From IMG/VR virus record IMGVR_UViG_3300032050_007618: a DNA stretch of 64,000 nucleotides. One strand, 5' to 3'. Source of the stretch: an uncultured virus (IMG/VR IMGVR_UViG_3300032050_007618) (taxonomy: Duplodnaviria > Heunggongvirae > Uroviricota > Caudoviricetes). Positions 30,879 to 39,844 of this stretch are shown piece after piece. The translations under genes and the position numbers were made by a program. The first letter of the stretch is position 1, and each line of letters begins with the position of its first letter. The notes under the pieces are model-generated. The model made no database searches. It was not told the origin of the DNA and saw only the letters and a list, made by a program, of their open reading frames with translations.

Positions 30879-32222
30879 GTGAATCGTCTTAAAAAAATTG
30901 TATCGGAGATTGGAAAGAAAGACATCATTTTGGATGTGGTTCCGATGTCTGATTTTAGACATCCAGCGTCAAACGATCCGTGTTTGGTGTTGATCAAGGT
31001 TGTATCAAGTAGTAAGTGGTATACTATTCATATCAACACATATGACACCACAGAGTTTGTGTCAAAAGATGATGTTGTTGATCAACTCAATAATGTTCGT
31101 GGACGTATCTTTTGCTTTTCCAAACGGAAGGTACTTCATATGTTGAAGATAAACAACCTTCATGATTTGTCTTTGGCATCATTTATTGAATCCGGTGATA
31201 TTGTTGATCAAGACGAATATGACACCGCGTCACATATCTTTTTTAGAAACAAGTATAATCATCATATTGAACTGAATAAGATTGTACCTGTTAATAATCA
31301 CATCTCACGATTTCTTGACATGTGTGAAGATGTAGAGGTTCATATTAAGAAGACGTATGATGATTCTTATCACAAAGTTAATACTTCGATTATAGAAACT
31401 TTACAGTCTATTGAATCACATGGACTGTGTGTTGATATGACGGAGTTTGAGAAACACTTTGCTGACAAGAAACATTTGGTGGTAAATAACCGCATATATA
31501 CCGAGTATAATATTTTTACTTCAACTGGTCGTCCCAGCAATCGTTTTGGTGGTATCAACTATTCAGCGTTGAACAAGGAAAACGAATGTCGTAAGAGTTT
31601 TGTATCAAGGTTTGGGGATGACGGTGTTTTGGTGATGTTGGATTATAGTGCGTACCATCCTCATATTATTGGCAAGTTGATTCGATACGACTTTCCTAAA
31701 GATGTTAACATTTATCAATATTTGGGTCGATATTACTTCAAATCCGAAGATCTTTCCGAAGATCTTGTGAAGAAGTCGAAAACGTTAACGTTCCAACAAT
31801 TGTATGGTTCTATCTCTGATGAATACCTCAAGATTCCGTATTTTGCGAAGATCCGTGAGTACATTGATCACCGGTGGGATTTCTTCAAGAACTTTGGGTA
31901 TATTGAGACTCCTATCTTTAAACGTCCCATAACGTCAAATCATTTGAAGGATTCCAATCCAAACAAGTTATTTAACTACATTCTTCAAGCGTCTGAAACT
32001 GAGTATTCGATGCAAAGTTTGATGGATGTAAATCGTTATCTTAGTGATAAACAGACCAAACCTATTTTGTACACTTACGATTCGATGTTGTTTGATGTAC
32101 ACAAGAGTGAAGGTAAACAAGGGGTTTTACTGGAGATTATACGGTTAATGGAAAATCAAGGATTTCCAACAAAGTGTTATACTGGTAAGAACTATCATGA
32201 CATGACTCCAGTATCTATTTAA
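30879..32222 (+). CDS. Short, divergent family-A DNA polymerase-like protein
   Basis: TSTGRPSN..IN (TGRLSS-like), DYSAYHP (motif A), K.LTFQQLYG (motif B), NYILQ, and YTYDS (motif C). Confidence 0.75.
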   Translation: MNRLKKIVSEIGKKDIILDVVPMSDFRHPASNDPCLVLIKVVSSSKWYTIHINTYDTTEFVSKDDVVDQLNNVRGRIFCFSKRKVLHMLKINNLHDLSLASFIESGDIVDQDEYDTASHIFFRNKYNHHIELNKIVPVNNHISRFLDMCEDVEVHIKKTYDDSYHKVNTSIIETLQSIESHGLCVDMTEFEKHFADKKHLVVNNRIYTEYNIFTSTGRPSNRFGGINYSALNKENECRKSFVSRFGDDGVLVMLDYSAYHPHIIGKLIRYDFPKDVNIYQYLGRYYFKSEDLSEDLVKKSKTLTFQQLYGSISDEYLKIPYFAKIREYIDHRWDFFKNFGYIETPIFKRPITSNHLKDSNPNKLFNYILQASETEYSMQSLMDVNRYLSDKQTKPILYTYDSMLFDVHKSEGKQGVLLEIIRLMENQGFPTKCYTGKNYHDMTPVSI

Positions 32223-32272
32223 AAAGGAAGGTTTTCATGTAAGACGCAATATTTATTAAATATTGTGTCATC

Positions 32273-33943
32273 ATGAATAAAGATAAAATCATCAAAGATA
32301 TACTTTTAGAGTATTCAGTGCTTTCAAAAACTGGCGGTATTGACAAATTGGATCATGATTTGTTGGTTACTGCAATCGAAAATTGTGGTTATGCTTCTTA
32401 TTTTTCAATACCAAAATTGGTCAACGAAATTGAAAGTAAGAAAGAAAACCCCGGATTATCTAATGATGATATTGCGTTGATCAATCAAATTATAGGCAAA
32501 GGATCTGCTCAACAATCACGTGTATTATTTGATGACGATGATTTAAAGACACTTGATTTGGATGATCCACGTAATAAACCTGCTACATTATTTCCAAAAG
32601 ACCGTGGACAAGCGGAGTTAACTTACAATGAATTGATACAGATTGGAAAAGATAATGGCGGATTAAAGATACTTCATAGTCCAAGTTCATTGAGAATTGC
32701 CACAGTCAAAGGTGGTCGTCGTCTTTCTAATATCAATACCACACATGGTATTAAAGATGGCAGCAAAACTTTCGGACAACTTATGTTGTTTTTGAAATTG
32801 GCAAAAGAACACAAAAACATGATTACTCTGGGTATTGAGTCAGCCGCACCTGGCTTAACCGGGGAAGTCATTGCAGTTAATCATATAAACGACTGGTTTA
32901 AAAAGAATAATCCAGAACAACAACCATTCAGATTGCATTTTTGGGATAAGACTGAACGTGTTCCAACAGGAGTTGAAGTTGATGACGCTGTTCATATCGT
33001 TGGTAAGAATAAAGCAGATATTGCTCTACGTAATCAAAACTCAGAAGTATTTTGGATTTCATTTAAAGGAGCTGAGTTTGATCCAAGACAATTCGTACAA
33101 CGTGTAGATAGAGTAGATTTCCCACAGTATTCGGGAATGTTGGGATTGGACGATTCGTTTACTGATGGAAAAGTAAAAGCAGCGTGGGATAGTATTAAAA
33201 TGACGTTTTTGAATGGAATTAAGAAAAACTATACTGTTCCACCATTGTTGATTAACCCAAGGAAGACCACGTTTGATGAAAATAAAGTGGTAATAAATCT
33301 TAATGGAAAATCTGCACTTGAAACCATCGGTCCAAATGCTGAATTTTACACTCGGTTAACTTCAGATTTCCGTAAGATGTTTTATGACTTCGTAACCACG
33401 CCTTCTTCCGGTAAGAAGTATTTGTACTATATGGGTGACAAGTTTGAAGGCCATCTTGATTTCTTGGATGGTAGTGAAGCAACCAGAATCATAGCTGGTA
33501 AAACAATTTACGGACGTGACTTTGATATTAAAGGTAAAGCGCCGTTTGGACAAAACAATTGTAGTATTTTGATGCACAGTCACGCCACTGTGGAAATGAA
33601 GGTAATTCATCCAGAAGATATGGAAACGATGCCTTCACGTGATCCAAAAGATATTGGTTCTATTAACTGGGTTAAAGCAAACGCTTCAAATGCCACAAGC
33701 GAAAGTCATTTGTTGATTAGTACCACTGAAGGTGGTCAACTTTGGTTTAATCCAAATCTACCTCTTCCAAAAGACGCGGCTGATCCTATTTTGAAATACC
33801 GACCAACTCTTAGTTGCAGATCTGGAACAGACGAAGCAGCGGTATTAAAGTTTGGTAATGATGAATATATGTTTATGAAGTTCAGAGTAGTTGTATGGCC
33901 TTTAGCAAAAGTAGGCAGCTCATCCGTAAATCTAAAGAAATAA
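32273..33943 (+). CDS. Hypothetical late protein, possible PD-(D/E)xK nuclease
   Basis: E...KADIAL....FWISFK resembles a restriction-endonuclease-like core; TATTTATT upstream. Confidence 0.4.
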   Translation: MNKDKIIKDILLEYSVLSKTGGIDKLDHDLLVTAIENCGYASYFSIPKLVNEIESKKENPGLSNDDIALINQIIGKGSAQQSRVLFDDDDLKTLDLDDPRNKPATLFPKDRGQAELTYNELIQIGKDNGGLKILHSPSSLRIATVKGGRRLSNINTTHGIKDGSKTFGQLMLFLKLAKEHKNMITLGIESAAPGLTGEVIAVNHINDWFKKNNPEQQPFRLHFWDKTERVPTGVEVDDAVHIVGKNKADIALRNQNSEVFWISFKGAEFDPRQFVQRVDRVDFPQYSGMLGLDDSFTDGKVKAAWDSIKMTFLNGIKKNYTVPPLLINPRKTTFDENKVVINLNGKSALETIGPNAEFYTRLTSDFRKMFYDFVTTPSSGKKYLYYMGDKFEGHLDFLDGSEATRIIAGKTIYGRDFDIKGKAPFGQNNCSILMHSHATVEMKVIHPEDMETMPSRDPKDIGSINWVKANASNATSESHLLISTTEGGQLWFNPNLPLPKDAADPILKYRPTLSCRSGTDEAAVLKFGNDEYMFMKFRVVVWPLAKVGSSSVNLKK

Positions 33944-33944
33944 C

Positions 33945-34622
33945 ATGAAAAAGATTTATAAGAATGTTTCTGAGTTGTTGTCGGAACTTTGTCTTGATAG
34001 ACGAGTTGATGACGGCATATTTGATATTTTCAACAACGATCATATGGATATCCTAAGAGAGAAGCTCTCTGAAATGGGAATTCCAAAAGGAGAAGTTGTT
34101 GAATTGGCAAATAAAGTTATTGAAGGTAAATACCCAGAGAGACAAGCTTATAACTCAAAGGGTATATTGGTCACGTTTCCGAACCCGGAATACAAACAAC
34201 GTGCGATAAAGCGTGGAACTCATTTTGAAGAGGATCCTACAAAAGGCCAAACCAACTTGGATTTTAACGCTCCTGCACAACCAGTACAAGAACCAACATC
34301 ACCTAATGAAAAACCTATCGAAATTGAGCCAGGTGCTCAACAATCTAATCAACAAGTTCAAGGGCAAGACCCAATGCAAGGACAAGGTGGAAGTTCAACC
34401 GGAAGTCAAACCGATGATCTTGCCACAAGAAGCCCCGATCAAAAAGAAAAAGACGCAGAGGAAGTCGAAAAAATCTTAACGACTGAATTTACGTTGGAAG
34501 AAGCCGCAACTCACAATTGGATTCGTAACAAAAATCGGTGGTATAATGCCGATGGTCAATTGGTGGGATATGAGTGGTACAATGTAGACAGCCACAAAAC
34601 AACAATATTATCTGTTAGATGA
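33945..34622 (+). CDS. Hypothetical protein
   Basis: 225-aa ORF coupled to its neighbours, with a Q/P-rich linker. Confidence 0.6.
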   Translation: MKKIYKNVSELLSELCLDRRVDDGIFDIFNNDHMDILREKLSEMGIPKGEVVELANKVIEGKYPERQAYNSKGILVTFPNPEYKQRAIKRGTHFEEDPTKGQTNLDFNAPAQPVQEPTSPNEKPIEIEPGAQQSNQQVQGQDPMQGQGGSSTGSQTDDLATRSPDQKEKDAEEVEKILTTEFTLEEAATHNWIRNKNRWYNADGQLVGYEWYNVDSHKTTILSVR

Positions 34623-35011
34623 AAGATACACAATTACTTTGTACGTTTGCGGTTCCTACTGAATACAAACCCTTGGTGGAACAGATTAAATCATTTTACA
34701 CATTATCCAATAATAAGATTTTTGTGTTCAATAATGAGAAAAATAACAATGAATTGTATCTGACATATAATATCTTACACGGTGAGGCAGCTCGTCAAAA
34801 GCTGCCTAACACTATTTCTATACATCGTAAAAAACAAACCAATACTTTGTATACTTTAAATGCCATGAATAAACTCATTACCGAGGAAAATAATGGCGTT
34901 TTTGATAAAACATACCAGTTGAATTGGGAATATTATAACAACTCTTTAATTATAACAAATGAGGTCTCAGTTAAAATAATTCCCCTCAAAATTTTCGATA
35001 TTATAAGTTGA
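34619..35011 (+). CDS. Hypothetical protein
   Basis: 130 aa, ATGA overlap with the upstream gene; QLLCTF and HRKKQTNTLYTLNA motifs. Confidence 0.65.
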   Translation: MKDTQLLCTFAVPTEYKPLVEQIKSFYTLSNNKIFVFNNEKNNNELYLTYNILHGEAARQKLPNTISIHRKKQTNTLYTLNAMNKLITEENNGVFDKTYQLNWEYYNNSLIITNEVSVKIIPLKIFDIIS

Positions 35012-35036
35012 AAGTTTGGGAAATCCGTACTATAGT
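35008..35036 (+). promoter_or_regulatory. Sigma70-like promoter TTGAAA-N17-TATAGT for the SSB gene
   Basis: Read directly. Confidence 0.6.
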
Positions 35037-35123
35037 TATACCAGAATTAGTTACACGTGGGTGTGTCCGAGTGGATACAAACAGTTAGCTAATTACTAAT
35101 TAACAATTAATAAATAAACAATT

Positions 35124-35966
35124 ATGGCAATTGACTTGTCGAAGATTAAGAGCCGTTTGAACTCTCTTTCAAACACGAATTCCAAGACCCAACTCATTTG
35201 GAAGCCAAAGCCGGGTAAGCAAACAATTCGTATCGTCCCATATAAGTACCAACCTGATGCGCCGTTCATCGAACTCAAGTTCCATTACGGTATCAACAAC
35301 AAGACCTATCTGTCTCCGGATAGTTTCAATCGTCCCGATCCTATCGTTGAGTTTAGCAATCGACTCAAGAAGACTGGTTCCAAGGAAGATTGGCAGACTG
35401 GTCGTAAGATGGAACCCAAGATGCGTACTTTCGCTCCTGTCATCGTTCGTGGTGAAGAGCATGAGGGTGTGAAGTTCTGGGGATTCGGAAAGCAGGTCTA
35501 TCAGGAGATCCTTTCTGTTATGGCCGATCCTGATTACGGTGATATTACCGATCTCGCCTCTGGACGAGATATCGTCGTAGAGTTCCGTACCGCCGAGGAG
35601 AGTGGTAAGAATTATCCCGAAACTTCAATTCGTGTGAAGCCTAACGCTACACCCGCTGTTGATCCGAAGGATACGAGGTTGATTGAGTCGATCAAGAATC
35701 AGACTGACATTCTTGATTTGTTCCCCGAACCTAAGTACGAGGAACTTAAGGAGGTTATGACCTCTTGGCTAAATCCGGAGAATGCTCCTGCTGAGACCGT
35801 TAGCAACGCTGTTGTTGACGAGGATGATACTCAGCCAGTTGCAGCCGCCGCTGCGGTTCAAGCTGCTACGCCTCCAAAGGCAACCAGCAAGTCTCCTACT
35901 GCTAGTGCCGCAAAGACAAATACAGACGACCTTACCAAGGCGTTTGACAATTTGTTCAATAGTTAA
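35124..35966 (+). CDS. Single-stranded DNA-binding protein (T4 gp32-like)
   Basis: WKP..G...IRIVP, PF.E..FHY, GVKFWGFGK.VY, DITD...GRDI, and an acidic C-terminal DDLTKAFDNLF. Confidence 0.85.
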   Translation: MAIDLSKIKSRLNSLSNTNSKTQLIWKPKPGKQTIRIVPYKYQPDAPFIELKFHYGINNKTYLSPDSFNRPDPIVEFSNRLKKTGSKEDWQTGRKMEPKMRTFAPVIVRGEEHEGVKFWGFGKQVYQEILSVMADPDYGDITDLASGRDIVVEFRTAEESGKNYPETSIRVKPNATPAVDPKDTRLIESIKNQTDILDLFPEPKYEELKEVMTSWLNPENAPAETVSNAVVDEDDTQPVAAAAAVQAATPPKATSKSPTASAAKTNTDDLTKAFDNLFNS

Positions 35967-35977
35967 ACAACACTAAT

Positions 35978-36014
35978 AGGAGAGGTGGTGGGTAAACTGC
36001 CACCTCTCCTTTTT
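35978..36014 (+). terminator. Intrinsic terminator after the SSB gene
   Basis: AGGAGAGGTGG...CCACCTCTCCT followed by TTTT. Confidence 0.85.
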
Positions 36015-36030
36015 CATTTCAATAAAAGTT

Positions 36031-37221
36031 ATGGCAGAAGAAACACCGAAAAAGAAAAAGGGAACAACACATGTTACCCATGAAGTTTCGTCACAGAGAG
36101 ATGAACTAGTTGAATCTCTTGCTGATGTTCTAAACAAGGCCAACAAGGACGCGGGTAAGTGTGCGTTCTTCTTGGATCAAAAGGAAGATCCGTCTACAAT
36201 TACGGATTGGATCAGTACAGGTTGCGATATCTTGGATCTCGCAATTTCAAATCGTCCACATGCAGGTATTCCTGTTGGACGTATTACAGAAATTACCGGA
36301 CTTGAAGCCTCTGGTAAGAGTTTGTTGGCTGCACATTTGCTTGCTGAAACCCAGAAGAAGGGCGGACTTGCTGTATTTATCGATACAGAACAATCTGTTT
36401 CTCAGGACTTTTTGGCTGCAATTGGAGTTGATGTTCCAAAGATGTTGTATGTTGCTGCTCACACAGTAGAAGATATCTTTGAAAAGATTGAGACTTTGAT
36501 TGCGCACGTTCGTAAGTCGAACCGTGATCGTCTTGTTACAATCGTTGTCGATAGTGTTGCTGCTGCTTCAACCAAGGCAGAATTGGAAGCGGATCATGGT
36601 AAGGACGGTTTTGCTACCGGAAAAGCCATTATCATTTCCAAGGCAATGCGCAAGATCAATGATATGATTGGTAAGCAACGTATTGCGTTGGTTTTCACCA
36701 ATCAACTACGTGTAAATCTTCAGGCAGCGATGTTTGGAGACAAGTATATTACCAGTGGTGGTAAGGCTATTCAATATCATGCTAGTGTACGTCTTCGTTT
36801 GAAGGGTATGGGAGCATTGAAGGTTACTCAAAATGGAGAACCTGCACATATTGGTGTCAAGACAAGGGCAGTTGTTGTCAAGAACCGTATGGGACCACCT
36901 ATGAGATTTGCTGATTTTAGCATATTCTTTGATAGTGGCATTGATAATTATGGCAACTGGATTGAAGTGTTGAAGAAGCACTCAATTATCACTGGAGCCA
37001 AGTCACCTTACAATTACACCAAGAACAATGGTGAAACTGTCAAGATTGATACCAAGACGTTTGCCAAGGACATGAAGACTGATGCAGAACTTCGTGAGGA
37101 GTTGTATCAAAAGATTGCCGAGGTTACGATCATGAAGTATAAGTCACCTGATAGTGAAATTCGTGAGGATGTGGAAGTTGATTCTTCCGAAGATGCAGAA
37201 GAAGTTGGTGGAGAAGAATAA
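36031..37221 (+). CDS. uvsX: RecA/UvsX recombinase
   Basis: ISTG...LD, GRITEITGLEASGKS, FIDTE, IVVDSVAA, FTNQLR, GGKA...ASVRL and VKNR. Confidence 0.95.
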   Translation: MAEETPKKKKGTTHVTHEVSSQRDELVESLADVLNKANKDAGKCAFFLDQKEDPSTITDWISTGCDILDLAISNRPHAGIPVGRITEITGLEASGKSLLAAHLLAETQKKGGLAVFIDTEQSVSQDFLAAIGVDVPKMLYVAAHTVEDIFEKIETLIAHVRKSNRDRLVTIVVDSVAAASTKAELEADHGKDGFATGKAIIISKAMRKINDMIGKQRIALVFTNQLRVNLQAAMFGDKYITSGGKAIQYHASVRLRLKGMGALKVTQNGEPAHIGVKTRAVVVKNRMGPPMRFADFSIFFDSGIDNYGNWIEVLKKHSIITGAKSPYNYTKNNGETVKIDTKTFAKDMKTDAELREELYQKIAEVTIMKYKSPDSEIREDVEVDSSEDAEEVGGEE

Positions 37222-37226
37222 ATGTT

Positions 37227-38291
37227 ATGAGTTTTAACCAAGATGAAAAGAAAAGATTGTTCTCTATTTTTGAGAACGTTTCACAAGAAGACAGAGACAG
37301 TTTATCAAACCGAAGTCAAAATTCGGATATTCTCTTGGTTGATGGACTAAATACATTTATCCGCGCATATTCGGTGATGCCGTCCATGAATGAAGATGGA
37401 CTTCACACGGGCGGCATCGCCGGTTTCTTAAAGAGTGTGGGTTATGCAATCAAATTGCTTAACCCCACTCGTTGTGTTATTATTTTTGATGGTAACGGTG
37501 GTAGTATGAAACGTAGAAAGATTTACCCACCTTATAAGGAAAAACGTCACACCAAGATTCGTTTGAATCGAGCATATTCAGAACTTTCAACAAGTGATTT
37601 GGAAGAAAAGAATATGAAAGCACAGTTAATGCGTTCTGTGCATTATTTGGATTGTTTGCCAATCTCAACAATGGCAATTGATCACGTTGAAGCAGATGAT
37701 ACAATTGCATACATCGCTCAACAATATTATAAAGATAGCAATGTCAGCATTATGAGTGCTGATAAAGATTTCCTACAGTTGGCAAGTGATAAGATCAAGG
37801 TATGGAGTCCTACAAAGAAAAAGTTGTATGGATGTGCTGAGATTTTGAATGAGTATGGTATTGGCTGTCAAAATTTTATTTGGTACCGAGTTTTGGAAGG
37901 TGATGTATCAGATAATATTGATGGAATCAATGGTGCTGGACTAAAAACCATCATCAAGTGTTTTCCATTTTTTGCCGAGAATCGACATGTAGAACTGAAT
38001 GAGATTTATAATTACTGTGAAAATAATTCCAGTAAATACAAGCTGTATAGAACAATTCTGGACAATAAAGATATTGTTGAAAGAAACTATACGCTCATGC
38101 AATTGAAAGAAACTGAAATTCAGAGTTTTTCACAACTCCGTATCAACGAAATATTGGATTTGCCAAATAAGAAGTTGGACCGTATTGGCTTTTCCAAACT
38201 GGTTACCGAAGATAAAATGTGGAATAACATTCCCAACTACCAAATTTGGCTCAACGAGTGTTTTGGTAAGTTGACCACGCTGGTAAGATAA
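37227..38291 (+). CDS. 5'-3' exonuclease / flap endonuclease (T4 RNase H-like)
   Basis: LLVDGLN, FDG, YK..R, EADD, SADKDFLQL and GD.SDNI.G..G.G.KT. Confidence 0.92.
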   Translation: MSFNQDEKKRLFSIFENVSQEDRDSLSNRSQNSDILLVDGLNTFIRAYSVMPSMNEDGLHTGGIAGFLKSVGYAIKLLNPTRCVIIFDGNGGSMKRRKIYPPYKEKRHTKIRLNRAYSELSTSDLEEKNMKAQLMRSVHYLDCLPISTMAIDHVEADDTIAYIAQQYYKDSNVSIMSADKDFLQLASDKIKVWSPTKKKLYGCAEILNEYGIGCQNFIWYRVLEGDVSDNIDGINGAGLKTIIKCFPFFAENRHVELNEIYNYCENNSSKYKLYRTILDNKDIVERNYTLMQLKETEIQSFSQLRINEILDLPNKKLDRIGFSKLVTEDKMWNNIPNYQIWLNECFGKLTTLVR

Positions 38292-38361
38292 AAGTTAAAA
38301 TAAGTATACTACAGATGATACATGACCTATACTGTGGTCGTGTAATAGAAGAATATTAATT

Positions 38362-39747
38362 ATGAGTGAAAACCATGTAATCGATAATTTGAAGAAGTTT
38401 GGTTCCGAATTCCAGATCAAGTGTATCTCCGGAATTCTCAGCGATAAGTCTTTCTTGGAAAGATTGTCGGATATCATTGATCCATCATCGTTCGAATCTG
38501 ATGCCCATCAATGGATTGTAAAGCAGACCGTTGCATACTTTATGCAATATAAGGATTTGCCTACCCTTAATGTTTTTAAGATTAAGGTTGATAGTATTGA
38601 AAACTCAATTCTAAAAGAAGCAGTCGTTTCACAACTACGAAACGTATATCAAAAGATCACTGATAGTGATCTCAAGTTCGTCAAGGAACAGTATTTGGAG
38701 TTCTGTAAGAGTCAGAAGCTCAAGAACGCTATTATTGATAGTGTTGAACATCTTAAGACTGGTAACTACGAACAAGTCAAGGCACTGGTTGACAGTGCAA
38801 TGAAGGCCGGTATGGAACGTAACATTGGTCATGACTATATGACTGAGGTTGACAAACGTATGAGTGTTATGGCACGTAATACTGTTAAGACTAACTGGAC
38901 CGAGGTTGATACTATCATGGATGGTGGATTGGCTGGCGGTGAACTTGGAATCATTACTGCTTGTGCGGGTAGTGGTAAGAGTTGGGTTTTGGCAAAGATT
39001 GGTGCTGAAGCCATGAAACAGGGAAAGAACGTTGTTCATTTTACTCTTGAGTTGAATGAAAACTACGTGGGTCTTCGTTATGATAGTTGTTTTACCGGAA
39101 TTGATTTCCAAAACATTCGTAATAACGTTGATATCGTTCGTAAGAAGATTGAACAGGTTCCCGGTAAACTGTTCATCAAGTACTTTCCAATCAAAACCGT
39201 CAGCGCACATCATCTAAAGATGCACACCGAACGTATTATGATGTTGGGAAGTAAGATTGACATGATTATTGTCGATTACGCTGACATTCTACGTCCATAT
39301 CAGAGTGAACGTAACAGCAACAGTTATAGTGAAGCTGGTGGTATCTATGAAGAACTTCGTAGTATTGCCGGTGAACTCCAAGTTCCTATTTGGAGTGCCT
39401 CACAAAGTAACCGTGCGGCTATGGATGAAGACATTATTCAGGCAAATAACATTTCTGATTCCTATCGAAAGATCATGACGGCAGACTTTGTTATGTCACT
39501 TAGCCGTAAAGTTACCGATAAAGTGGCGAATACTGCACGGTTTCACATCATTAAGAACCGTTTTGGACCCGATGGTTTGACATTCCCAAGTCGAATGAAT
39601 GCCGGATGTGGTGATATTCAGATTTATGCTGAAAACTCCAAGGATGGTGTGGCAATTCTCAATGAAATGGGTGACAGTGAGAATCTTGTCAAGAAAGCAT
39701 TGAGCAATAAATGGAATGCTCATATCAGTGATGGTGATGACGAGTGA
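38362..39747 (+). CDS. Replicative DnaB/gp41-type helicase
   Basis: GGLAGGELG..AGSGKS, HFTLE, IIVDYAD, WSASQSNR and KNRFG. Confidence 0.93.
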   Translation: MSENHVIDNLKKFGSEFQIKCISGILSDKSFLERLSDIIDPSSFESDAHQWIVKQTVAYFMQYKDLPTLNVFKIKVDSIENSILKEAVVSQLRNVYQKITDSDLKFVKEQYLEFCKSQKLKNAIIDSVEHLKTGNYEQVKALVDSAMKAGMERNIGHDYMTEVDKRMSVMARNTVKTNWTEVDTIMDGGLAGGELGIITACAGSGKSWVLAKIGAEAMKQGKNVVHFTLELNENYVGLRYDSCFTGIDFQNIRNNVDIVRKKIEQVPGKLFIKYFPIKTVSAHHLKMHTERIMMLGSKIDMIIVDYADILRPYQSERNSNSYSEAGGIYEELRSIAGELQVPIWSASQSNRAAMDEDIIQANNISDSYRKIMTADFVMSLSRKVTDKVANTARFHIIKNRFGPDGLTFPSRMNAGCGDIQIYAENSKDGVAILNEMGDSENLVKKALSNKWNAHISDGDDE

Positions 39748-39844
39748 TAGTATGTTACGATCAAAAAACGTAAAAAAAATTTATCAAAATGAACATCAAC
39801 TGGAGGAATTTAGTAATACAAAATCATAGTTATTTTTTGTCTAT

